The notes under the pieces: generated by a model
Databases searched by the model: none
Seen by the model: the letters and a program-made list of their open reading frames with translations, nothing else
What the model was told of the DNA's origin: nothing
Program-made: the position numbers and the translations under genes
Part shown: piece after piece, positions 28,143 through 36,443 of the stretch
Numbering within the stretch: the stretch's first letter is position 1
Layout of the letters: each line of letters opens with the position of its first letter
Assembly (NCBI GenBank): GCA_013215605.1
Contig: JABSQW010000025.1
Span: 3,978-67,977 of the forward strand
Direction of reading: 5' to 3'
DNA length: 64,000 nt
Source: Myxococcales bacterium
Lineage (GTDB): Bacteria; Myxococcota_A; UBA9160; SMWR01

Positions 28143-29402
28143 TTAGGACGAGAAGAATTCGAGGAGGTCGTCCTCGCGCTTCATGGCGTCCTGGAATCCG
28201 AGCTCGGCCAGGGGTGCGGAGAACTCGCGGTCGAACATGAGGTAGGAGAGCAGGTCGGACTCCGGCGTACGGCGGCTATCGTCGACGTTGCGCGCCGCGA
28301 GGCGCAGCAACGGCGAGCGCGCTCTCGTGTCCGGGAGGTCGCGCAGAATCTTTCCTGCGAGCATGCCGAGATCCTCGCTCGGGCGCAGCACGAGGTCGTC
28401 GATCACCCGGAAGCGCTGGCCGCGCTCGGCAGTCGCCACCTCGTTCACGCGCTCGAGGAAGTCCGGTCCGTACGCCTTCTCGCCGTCGGCGATGACCTCG
28501 TTGATCACGTGCATGCGCGCGAGGTCGGTGTCGAGGTGGTCGAGGAGGAGCGCGTTCAGGACCTTGCCAAAGAGGAAGGTGGGGCTCGCGTAGTCCTCGA
28601 CGCGGTGGGTTGCCAGCACCTTCTGTTGAACCTTCGACATGTTCTGGCGCAGTGCGATGACGAGCACGCGCTCGGCGCCCAGCCGAAGCGCCGGTGCGAG
28701 CGGCGTGTTGAGACGCAGCCCGCCGTCGGCGTAGTAGCTGCGGGCGATCCGTACCACCGGAAACAGCACGGGAATTGCCGCCGACGCGAGGGCGTGCGTG
28801 GCGCGCAGTCGCGTCTTGCGCGGGAAGAGCGTCATGTCGCGTGTCCACTGCGGCAGGCTCGACGCATTGGTCTCGATGAAGTTGACGACCCTGCCGGTCG
28901 AGATCTGCGTCGCGGTCACGCACACCGACTGCACGAGCCCCTCGGCGACGTTTGTGTGGAGGGAGCGCCACGGGACGGCGTCCACCACGAGGCGCTCGAG
29001 GGCTCGGGTATCGAGCAGGCCGTACAGGCGCTCCGGCGCTTTGCCGCTTCGCATACGCTCCGCGAGTCCGCGCAGGCCCAGCAGGCGCCCGGGCCAACGC
29101 AGGATGTCGGTGGCCGAGAGGGGGAGCACCTCCTCGAGCTTCATCCGCGTCCAGAAATCGACGAGGTTCCGGCCGCGATTCACGGTCTCGTGTGCGGTGG
29201 CCGCCATGTAGCAGGCGTGGATCGCGCCCACGGAAGTCCCGCAGATGACCTCGAATCGCGGGACGAAGCCGAGGCGTTTCGGGAGCTCCTCGACCAGGTA
29301 CCGGACGGTGCCGGCCTCATAGGCGCCGCGGGCGCCACCGCCGGAGAACACGAGTGCCCGGGTGGGCCCTCCGGTCGGCGGACGCTTCGGACGGGCGCTC
29401 AT
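28143..29402 (-). CDS. Patatin-like phospholipase
   Basis: FSGGGARGAYEAG (oxyanion hole), GTSVG (GxSxG) and ADGG (catalytic Asp). Start moved to ATG 29402. Confidence 0.85.
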   Translation of the reverse strand: MSARPKRPPTGGPTRALVFSGGGARGAYEAGTVRYLVEELPKRLGFVPRFEVICGTSVGAIHACYMAATAHETVNRGRNLVDFWTRMKLEEVLPLSATDILRWPGRLLGLRGLAERMRSGKAPERLYGLLDTRALERLVVDAVPWRSLHTNVAEGLVQSVCVTATQISTGRVVNFIETNASSLPQWTRDMTLFPRKTRLRATHALASAAIPVLFPVVRIARSYYADGGLRLNTPLAPALRLGAERVLVIALRQNMSKVQQKVLATHRVEDYASPTFLFGKVLNALLLDHLDTDLARMHVINEVIADGEKAYGPDFLERVNEVATAERGQRFRVIDDLVLRPSEDLGMLAGKILRDLPDTRARSPLLRLAARNVDDSRRTPESDLLSYLMFDREFSAPLAELGFQDAMKREDDLLEFFSS

Positions 29403-29424
29403 TGGGGCGGAGCGATGCGCTCGC

Positions 29425-29988
29425 CTAGTTGACGCGTTCGACGTAAGCGCCGGTGCGGGTGTCGACGCGGATCGTCTCACCTTCCTTGATGAAGAGTGGA
29501 ACCTGCACGACCGCGCCGGTTTCGAGCGTTGCGGGCTTCGTGGAGCCAGACGCGGTGTCGCCCTTGAGGCCCGGCTCGCACTGCGTGATCTCGGCTTCGA
29601 TGAAGGACGGGATCTCGATATTGATGGGGTTGCCGTTCCAGAAGAGCACGTCGACCTCGAGGTTCTCCTTGAGGTACTTGACGCCTTCGCCCACCTGTTC
29701 CCTGGAGAACGGAATCTGCTCGTAGTCCTTCGAGTCCATGAAAACGAGCTGGTCGCCGTCCTGATAGAGGTACTGCATCCGGCGGTCGAGGGTGTCGGCC
29801 TCGTCCACCTTCTCGCCGGAGCGAAAGGTGCGATCGAGGACGCGTCCGGACTTCAGGTTCTTGACCTTCGTGCGAACGAACGCACCTCCCTTGCCGGGCT
29901 TGACGTGCTGGAAGTACGTGATCGAGAAGGGCTCGCCATCGAGCACGATCTTGAGACCGTTCTTGAACTGGGAGGTGTCGATTGCCAT
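29425..29988 (-). CDS. efp: Elongation factor P
   Basis: 188 aa, MAIDTSQFKNGLKI..HVKPGKGGAFVRTKVKNL... Start at ATG 29988. Confidence 0.95.
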   Translation of the reverse strand: MAIDTSQFKNGLKIVLDGEPFSITYFQHVKPGKGGAFVRTKVKNLKSGRVLDRTFRSGEKVDEADTLDRRMQYLYQDGDQLVFMDSKDYEQIPFSREQVGEGVKYLKENLEVDVLFWNGNPINIEIPSFIEAEITQCEPGLKGDTASGSTKPATLETGAVVQVPLFIKEGETIRVDTRTGAYVERVN

Positions 29989-30218
29989 CGGTCGCCTCTG
30001 TGCTGCCGCCGCTGCGGGCGGGGTGCGTAGGGTGCGTGCGCAGGAGTGGCCCGTGCGCGATCGCGTGAGGGGTTCTTCGCTCGATTCAAAAGCTCGCTTG
30101 ACCCGTCTTCCGGGAAGCTGTCGAAGCGGCGGGAAGGATAGCCGACTCCAGCCGTTCGCCACGCTCGGACGAGGCTGTACGCAAGCCGGGGAGGGGTGCC
30201 CGAGAGCCGGCCGTACCC

Positions 30219-31229
30219 TCAGACCGACGCGGTCTCGAGGCGCATCGCGCCGTCGCCCGCCCGGGCGAGGCCGATGCGGTCGCTCGGACGGAAGGCGAGG
30301 TAGCGCTCGGCTCGCGAGGTGTCGAGCGTGAAGCCGTAACGCAGGTGGGGACCATCGGCAGCCTGGTGGGTCTCGGCGCCGACCAAGCGTGCTCCCGCCG
30401 TATACCAGCCGAGGAGCGGCCCCGGGATGGGCAGGGCGGTTCGCCGGGTCCAGCGGGCCAGTACGGACAGCGGGACCGCCTCGGTGCCCGCGATGTTGAA
30501 GATTCCCGACGTCTCGGACTGGACGGCGTTGACCACGGCGCGAGCGACGTCCTTGTCGGAGACGAGCGCGCAGATCGGGTCGTAGCCGAGAGCGCGGACG
30601 CGGGGGCCCGGCCGGCCCACGAGGGACGGGTTGAAATACACGTACCCACCGCTGGCCACGACCGTCGGTACCCGCAGCAACACCACGCGCATCCGGTCGT
30701 TGTGGACTTCGCCGTGGAAGATCATGTCGCAGTCGATCCAGGAGCGGATGTCCGGCGCGACATCGGGATCGAGGTCGAGCTCGCAGTCCTCGTCGAGGCG
30801 GTTTGCGTTGCCCGGAACGAGGCGATAGACGAAGGCGCTCCCGAGCGCGACGAGGTTCCTGATGGATCCCGTCTCGAGGCAGTTCTGGAGGATCAGCCGC
30901 GTCTCGGCGGTGCGTTCCGGAAGACCCGAAACGATGGGCGCACTTTCGGACGCCGCCGCGCCGTGACGCGGGATGTGGACGACCGTGTCGATCTCGGCGG
31001 AGCGGAAGCTGGCGGAGTGGAAGAGGTCACTCGCGGGACGGTGCTTCGCGAGGTCTACGCGCGAGTAGTGGACGCGCGGCTCAGAGCCGCCGAGATAGCG
31101 GTCGAAGCTCCGGGGCGGCGGGCCGTCGCCCACTGCGAGGATCGACGCGACTTCTTTGTCGTGGAAGAGGGCCTTCACGACCCTCCGGCCGATGGGTTCG
31201 TCGGCGTGGCTGACGAGGACGTTCGTCAT
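30219..31229 (-). CDS. Extended-SDR (epimerase/dehydratase) fold protein with a degenerate NAD-binding motif
   Basis: The overall pattern resembles NAD-dependent epimerases, but the N-terminus reads NVLVSHADEPIGRRVV instead of GxxGxxG. ATGA overlap with the upstream acyltransferase. Confidence 0.65.
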   Translation of the reverse strand: MTNVLVSHADEPIGRRVVKALFHDKEVASILAVGDGPPPRSFDRYLGGSEPRVHYSRVDLAKHRPASDLFHSASFRSAEIDTVVHIPRHGAAASESAPIVSGLPERTAETRLILQNCLETGSIRNLVALGSAFVYRLVPGNANRLDEDCELDLDPDVAPDIRSWIDCDMIFHGEVHNDRMRVVLLRVPTVVASGGYVYFNPSLVGRPGPRVRALGYDPICALVSDKDVARAVVNAVQSETSGIFNIAGTEAVPLSVLARWTRRTALPIPGPLLGWYTAGARLVGAETHQAADGPHLRYGFTLDTSRAERYLAFRPSDRIGLARAGDGAMRLETASV

Positions 31230-32374
31230 GAACGGTTCTTGTCCAACAGCTGTTGAACGGATCGGCGCACCTGGTTCGCGAGGTATCGGACGAGACGCGG
31301 ATCGTCGGCACCTTCGGGGCCGAAGCGCTCGTGGAAGTTCAGTGGCTCGCCGTAGACGATCTTGTACGACACGGGATAGGGGAGCAGGCCTAGGGGGCCG
31401 AGCAGCGGGAACGTCGGGGTGATCGGAACGATCGGAAGGCCCAGTCGCTTTGCGAGCGGTTTGATGTTGTAGAGGATCGGCGTCTGATCGTCGCTGCCGA
31501 CGAACGCCACCGGGACGATCGGCGCCCGCTCGCGCAGCGATTGCTCGATGAACCCAACCCGGAAGTTCTGCACGCGGTATCGCTGGGTGATCGTCTTGCG
31601 TGCGCCGTCCATGCCCTCGGGAAACACGAGGACCAGCTGCCCGTCGTTCAGCAGGTCGGCGAAGTTCTTGCGCGTGCCGATCACCTGCCCAACGCGTGCG
31701 TAGAAGATGTTGACCCAGGGCAGTGCCCCCGCCCAGCGATCGACGATGGCGCGCACCAGGCGCGGCGGGTCGCTGTGGACGGCGATGTCGATCACCCCCA
31801 TTGCCGCGTCGAACGGGAGCAGGCCGCCGTGGTTCGCCACGAGGATCGCGGGACCTTCCATCGGCACGTTCGCGTGGCCCTCGCTCACGACGCGGAAGTA
31901 GTAGCGGTAGAGCGCGAGGAAGATCGGGAACGAGCGCTTCGCGGTCTCCGGCGAGAATCCATAACGGTCGTAGGGGACCTCGCCTTCGACGAGCTGCGCG
32001 AGGCCTGCGAGGACGCGTCGTTCGTGGTCCGACAGCAGATAGTCGACCAGGCCCTTCGACTCGTCGAGATCGATCTCGGCGAGCGTGGGGGTGGCGGCCC
32101 AGCGCGAACGCGCGTTGGGAGTGAAGGTCTCGTGTTTGCCCGTGCGGTGAACGGGCTCGACGGGCGGTAGCTCGCGGAGCGGCTGCTCCCTTCTGGCGCG
32201 GCGCGCGCGACCGCGCGGTGCCACGATCTGCAGGCGGTCGAGGCGTTCAACGAAGGGATCGGGATCGGCGAGCTCCGTGAACGGATCGCGGCCGAGTGTC
32301 GCGCCGGTGTTCTCCACGCCGAGGAGCTCCTCGACGGGGGGGGCCGGGGTTCCGGCGGTGGTCGACTCCGTCAC
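31226..32374 (-). CDS. PlsC-type (lysophospholipid/glycerol-3-phosphate) acyltransferase with a long N-terminal extension
   Basis: ILVANHGGLLPFD and LVFPEGMDG acyltransferase blocks. GTG 32374 overlaps the ParA-like stop (GTGA). Confidence 0.75.
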   Translation of the reverse strand: MTESTTAGTPAPPVEELLGVENTGATLGRDPFTELADPDPFVERLDRLQIVAPRGRARRARREQPLRELPPVEPVHRTGKHETFTPNARSRWAATPTLAEIDLDESKGLVDYLLSDHERRVLAGLAQLVEGEVPYDRYGFSPETAKRSFPIFLALYRYYFRVVSEGHANVPMEGPAILVANHGGLLPFDAAMGVIDIAVHSDPPRLVRAIVDRWAGALPWVNIFYARVGQVIGTRKNFADLLNDGQLVLVFPEGMDGARKTITQRYRVQNFRVGFIEQSLRERAPIVPVAFVGSDDQTPILYNIKPLAKRLGLPIVPITPTFPLLGPLGLLPYPVSYKIVYGEPLNFHERFGPEGADDPRLVRYLANQVRRSVQQLLDKNRS

Positions 32375-33285
32375 GGCCTCTCCCTCCCCCCTCGGCTGCC
32401 GGCGAGCTCATCCTCTGTGAGAGGATCGTGGCCGCGCAGCTCGAGCTCTTCGGCCAGCTCGGCCATCACCTTCGCGGCGCGGTCTCTGGGTGCGTACTCG
32501 AAGATCGACATGCCGCGGCTCTGCGCTTCGTCGATCTTCACGTGGTAGCCGACTACCGTGTGCGCGATCTCCTTCTTGAAGCGCGCCTTCAGCTTGTCGA
32601 GGATCTCATGGGCGAGCTTCGTGCGCCGGTAGAAGGTGGGCACCACCATCGTGATGCGGATATCGGGGTTGCCGTAGCGCGTGCGCACTGTGGCGACGGT
32701 GCGCAACAGCTCGGCGCAGCCGTCCATCGCCAGGTACGTGAGCGGCACCGGCACGACGATCTCCTGCGCGGCGCAGAGTACGTTCAAGGTCAGCGCACCG
32801 AACGACGGCGGTGCATCGAAGAACACGAAGTCGTACGAGTCGAGCTCGGGTGCGCGCTCGAGCGCCTTCAAGAGCCGCTGTGTCGTTTCGGAGCTCGGAT
32901 CGGCGTCGAGTGCTGGTGCCAGCGCGAGCGATTTGTTGGCGACCACGACGTCGAGGCGCGGGATCTGGGTGTGGGAGATGGGAAGGATGGACACCGGGTC
33001 GCTGCTCCCGCCCAGGTCGTCGAATCCACGGACCGAGTCCCGCCGGGTCGGGTCGCGCGGCGGCTCGCCGAGTACCGCGTCGAGCAGCATGTCGATCGCC
33101 GAGCGGCGCGGTCGGTGTACGTCGACACCGAGCACCTTGCCCAGTTGACCCTGGGGATCCATGTCGATCGCGAGCACACGACGCCCGCGATGCATCGCGA
33201 GGTACGCCGCGAGATTCGCGACGAGTGTGGTCTTGGCGCTTCCACCCTTTTCATTGATGAAGGCGATGCGCCGCGGCGCGAGCAC
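32371..33285 (-). CDS. ParA/MinD-family P-loop ATPase (orphan; no parB seen)
   Basis: Deviant Walker A INEKGGSAKTT, then DMDPQG and FFDAPPS. GTG 33285 is preceded by GGGAG. Confidence 0.85.
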   Translation of the reverse strand: MLAPRRIAFINEKGGSAKTTLVANLAAYLAMHRGRRVLAIDMDPQGQLGKVLGVDVHRPRRSAIDMLLDAVLGEPPRDPTRRDSVRGFDDLGGSSDPVSILPISHTQIPRLDVVVANKSLALAPALDADPSSETTQRLLKALERAPELDSYDFVFFDAPPSFGALTLNVLCAAQEIVVPVPLTYLAMDGCAELLRTVATVRTRYGNPDIRITMVVPTFYRRTKLAHEILDKLKARFKKEIAHTVVGYHVKIDEAQSRGMSIFEYAPRDRAAKVMAELAEELELRGHDPLTEDELAGSRGGRERP

Positions 33286-33450
33286 CCCACTCCCCCCCTA
33301 CGCCAAGCCGAGCACGCTGACCGAAACGCTACGCGGCCTCCCGCGCAACGCGCCACCGACTGTTGCGCCGGCCCCCCCGGCTTGGACCCGATTCGACCTG
33401 TCCGTCCCTCGACCCAGCCGCCGTGCTTCGCAGCAGCTGTTACCCCCGAT

Positions 33451-33480
33451 GGTGTTCAGACACAGTGGTGTTCCGACACA
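33451..33480. repeat. Tandem direct repeat GGTGTTC(A/C)GACACA x2 with a 16-bp period, each unit containing GTGT-N4-ACAC
   Basis: Read directly from the sequence (33451-33464 and 33467-33480). It lies in the 350-bp intergenic region upstream of the ParA-like operon. Confidence 0.4.
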
Positions 33481-33636
33481 AACGATCGCGAGTCGCACGG
33501 CGCCGTCGTTCGCGAGGATCGCCGGGTTGGCACTCGATGTCAACGAATCCCACCAAATTCGAAGAGTTCTGTGCCGATTCGCAGGCATCTCCTGAACTGG
33601 GCGAAAGCTCTAGAACGTCTTCTTGATCCGCGTGGG

Positions 33637-34608
33637 TCAACCCTTGGCGCCGTTCACCGCCTCGGTCAGCGCGGGCACCACGTCGAAGAGATCCGCGACG
33701 ACGCCGAGGTTGGCGACTTCGAAGATCGGCGCATCGGGATCTTTGTTGATCGCGATGATGTAGTTCGAGGACTTCATTCCGACGAGGTGCTGAATGGCGC
33801 CCGAGATGCCCGCCGCGATGTACAGCTTCGGCTGCACGACCTGGCCCGACGAGCCCACCTGATAGTGATGGGGGAGCCACCCGGCATCGACGACCGGCCG
33901 CGAGGCCCCCATGGCGCCGCCGAGCGCGTCGGCGAGGGGCTGGATGACCTCCGCGAACTTCTCCGGTGCGCCGACCCCGCGACCCCCGGAGACGATGATG
34001 TCCGCCTTCGAGAGGTCGACGCCGGTCGAATCGGACTTCTTGGTCTCCACGAACTTCGCGCGGACGCCCTCGAAGCCCACGCTGAGGTCGCTCGTGCTGC
34101 CGTCGGTGGTGCCCTCGAAGGGCGGCGTGGCGCCCGGCTGGACGGTCGCGACGATGGTGCCTTCGATGGCGCTCACGTGGGCGTCGAGCTTGCCGTTGAA
34201 GACTCGCCTGCGGAAATTGAACTGGCCCCCATCGAAGTCGATCCTGAAGCAGTCACCGACGAATCCCGCGTCCAGGCCCGCGGCGAGGCGGGGCGCAACG
34301 TCCCAGCCCGAGGGTGTGTTCGACAGCAGGATCAGGTCGGCGGAGGCCGCCTCGACCGCGGCGCGCACGGCCGCGTTTGCGGCGTCGACGTTGTAGTTCT
34401 CGAGAGCCGCGTCGTCCGCGACGAGGACGCTTCCGCCTCCCTTCTTCGAGAACTCTTCGGCCAGCGCTCCGATGCCCGAGCCCATGACGAGGCTCTTGAC
34501 TTCCCGCCCGCTCGTACCCGCCAGCGACTGCGCGACACTCGCGAGCTCGTAGCTGGCCTCCCGGATGGCTCCATTCTGGATTTCTGCGACGACGAGGATG
34601 CTTCCCAT
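33637..34608 (-). CDS. etfA: Electron transfer flavoprotein alpha subunit
   Basis: 323 aa with the FAD-binding signature AAGISGAIQHLVGMK. Confidence 0.9.
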   Translation of the reverse strand: MGSILVVAEIQNGAIREASYELASVAQSLAGTSGREVKSLVMGSGIGALAEEFSKKGGGSVLVADDAALENYNVDAANAAVRAAVEAASADLILLSNTPSGWDVAPRLAAGLDAGFVGDCFRIDFDGGQFNFRRRVFNGKLDAHVSAIEGTIVATVQPGATPPFEGTTDGSTSDLSVGFEGVRAKFVETKKSDSTGVDLSKADIIVSGGRGVGAPEKFAEVIQPLADALGGAMGASRPVVDAGWLPHHYQVGSSGQVVQPKLYIAAGISGAIQHLVGMKSSNYIIAINKDPDAPIFEVANLGVVADLFDVVPALTEAVNGAKG

Positions 34609-34660
34609 CGTTCGGCTCCTTTCTTGGTGACAGCGCTCGAGGGCAGCGCGGAGGCGGGGC

Positions 34661-35443
34661 TCAGAGGAGCCCGAGCTCCTTGATCTTGGTGACGAGACCG
34701 GCGACGACTTCGTCGGTGCTTCCCTCGAGAAGTTCCGCGGTGTCGCCCTTGGGCGGCGGCGCGATCTTCTCGATCTTGACCTTCGCGGCGCCGGCGCCCA
34801 CGCTTCCCGAGAGTCCGAGGTCCGCGACGCTCTTCACGTCGAGCGGCTTCTTCTTCGCGGCCATGATGCCTTTGAGCGACGCGTAGCGGACCTGGTTGAT
34901 GCCGGTCTGCACCGACACGAGGCAGGGAAGCGGAAGCTCGACGACCTCGTACGAGCCGCCTTCGGTCTCGCGGTCGACGGTCAGCGAGCTGTCGCCACGC
35001 ACCACCTTGACGGCGGCCGTGGTGTGCGGCAGACCGACGAGTTCGGCGAGCATCGGCGGAACGGCGGCAAAGTTGTCGTCGTCGGACATGAAACCGGTGA
35101 AGATGGTGTCCGGGCTCTCTTCCTTGGCGACGGCGGCGAGCAGCTTGGCCAGGCCGAGGGCGTCGGAGCCGTCGGCCTCTTCGTCCTTGATGTGGACGGC
35201 GCGGTCGGCGCCCATGCCGAGCGCCGTGCGCAGCGCCTGGGTCGTGCGGTCGGGACCGATGGAAACCACGACCACCTCGCACTCGCCTTCGTCCTTGGCG
35301 CGGAGCGCCTCTTCGAGGGCGTACGTGTCGTAGGTGTTGATTTCGAACTTGATATTGGATTCCTGGATCCAAGTGCCAGCGGAGTCGATGTCGAGTCGCG
35401 CATCCTGATGCGGCACCTGCTTCAGGCAGACCATGATCTTCAT
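34661..35443 (-). CDS. etfB: Electron transfer flavoprotein beta subunit
   Basis: MKIMVCLKQVP.. N-terminus. ATG 35443 is preceded by GGAGG. The track's upstream extension was discarded. Confidence 0.9.
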   Translation of the reverse strand: MKIMVCLKQVPHQDARLDIDSAGTWIQESNIKFEINTYDTYALEEALRAKDEGECEVVVVSIGPDRTTQALRTALGMGADRAVHIKDEEADGSDALGLAKLLAAVAKEESPDTIFTGFMSDDDNFAAVPPMLAELVGLPHTTAAVKVVRGDSSLTVDRETEGGSYEVVELPLPCLVSVQTGINQVRYASLKGIMAAKKKPLDVKSVADLGLSGSVGAGAAKVKIEKIAPPPKGDTAELLEGSTDEVVAGLVTKIKELGLL

Positions 35444-35476
35444 GGTGGGGGAGCCTCCGGAAACGGAAATGAGTTC

Positions 35477-35509
35477 AAAAAAAGCGCCCCGAAGCTGGCT
35501 GCTTCGGGG
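35477..35509 (-). terminator. Rho-independent terminator (minus strand)
   Basis: Perfect 9-bp GC-rich stem CCCCGAAGC/GCTTCGGGG (35487-35495 and 35501-35509) with a 5-nt loop. On the minus strand it is followed by CGC and T7 (35477-35483). Confidence 0.7.
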
Positions 35510-35744
35510 ACCATCGGGCGACGCAACGCTACCCGACGGAGGCCCGGATTTCAACCGCCGAAATCGCCGAAACCGAACCGGATTCAAGGCCTTAGCGGCA
35601 TCTCGGGAGTGTGGTGTGCGGGTTGCGAGCGCATCCCGTGGGAGGTTCGAGGGGATGCCGAAATCTCGTCATCGCCAAGCGTCGAACGGTCGCCTCATCG
35701 ACGCGATCTCGCTCGCTGCGCGCTGGCTTTCAGCGAGGGGCGGG

Positions 35745-36440
35745 TCAGCCGCCCATGTACATGAGGAACTGGTCGAGGCTCGCGGCGCTCAGGAAGGGGT
35801 TCGAGCGCTTCTGTTCACCCATCGAGCCGTAGGGCTCCGACGAGTAGAGGTGGCCCGGGTAGAGGACCGTGTCGTCGGGCAGCCGACCGAGGGCGGAGAG
35901 GCTGTGGTACATCGCCTCGGGGTCGGCGCCCGGGAGGTCGACGCGGCCACAACTGCCGAGGAACAGCGTGTCGCCCGCCACGAGGCGGCCGGGCGTTCCC
36001 TGCTCTTCCACCATGAAGCATTGCGAACCCGGGGTGTGGCCGGGCGTGTGGAGCAGCCGGATGCGGATCTGGCCCATCTCGATGCTGTCGCCACCGGCCT
36101 TCCTCGCGAGATCGGACTCCGACGCGCCCGTGATCTGGAGCAGGCCGTCGGCCTCGTTCTCGTTGACGTAGAGGGGCACCGGGTGGCGCTCGAGCAGGCG
36201 CGACACGCCCTCGATCTGCATCCCGAAGATCTCGCCGCCGACGTGGTCCTGGTGGTAATGGGTGATGAGCGCTCCCACCACCTTCATGCCCTGCTCTTCG
36301 GCGCGGTCGATCAGTCCGTCGACGCTCCAGGCCGGGTCGACGATCAGCGCTTCGCGGGATTCGCGGCTTCCGACCAGATACGCGAGGTTCGCCATCTGGC
36401 CTACCGGGACCTGCTCGAAGTAGAGGTCGCTCTCTGCCAT
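35745..36440 (-). CDS. MBL-fold metallo-hydrolase
   Basis: ITHYHQDHVGG (HxHxDH). 231 aa. Confidence 0.85.
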   Translation of the reverse strand: MAESDLYFEQVPVGQMANLAYLVGSRESREALIVDPAWSVDGLIDRAEEQGMKVVGALITHYHQDHVGGEIFGMQIEGVSRLLERHPVPLYVNENEADGLLQITGASESDLARKAGGDSIEMGQIRIRLLHTPGHTPGSQCFMVEEQGTPGRLVAGDTLFLGSCGRVDLPGADPEAMYHSLSALGRLPDDTVLYPGHLYSSEPYGSMGEQKRSNPFLSAASLDQFLMYMGG

Positions 36441-36443
36441 GGA

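Noticed and set aside
35538-35552. The minus-strand sequence GAAAUCCGGGCCUCC resembles the RNase P RNA CR-I element (GAAAGUCCGGGCUCC). GAAGCAGCCA in the terminator hairpin (35487-35509) resembles the SRP RNA domain IV motif.
   Set aside because: The interval is too short (about 270 nt, with only about 60 nt after the motif) for RNase P RNA. The SRP-like 10-mer sits in a plain terminator stem-loop without a GNRA tetraloop or a closing 5'/3' helix. I treat both as chance matches, though the region is still flagged as a candidate ncRNA.
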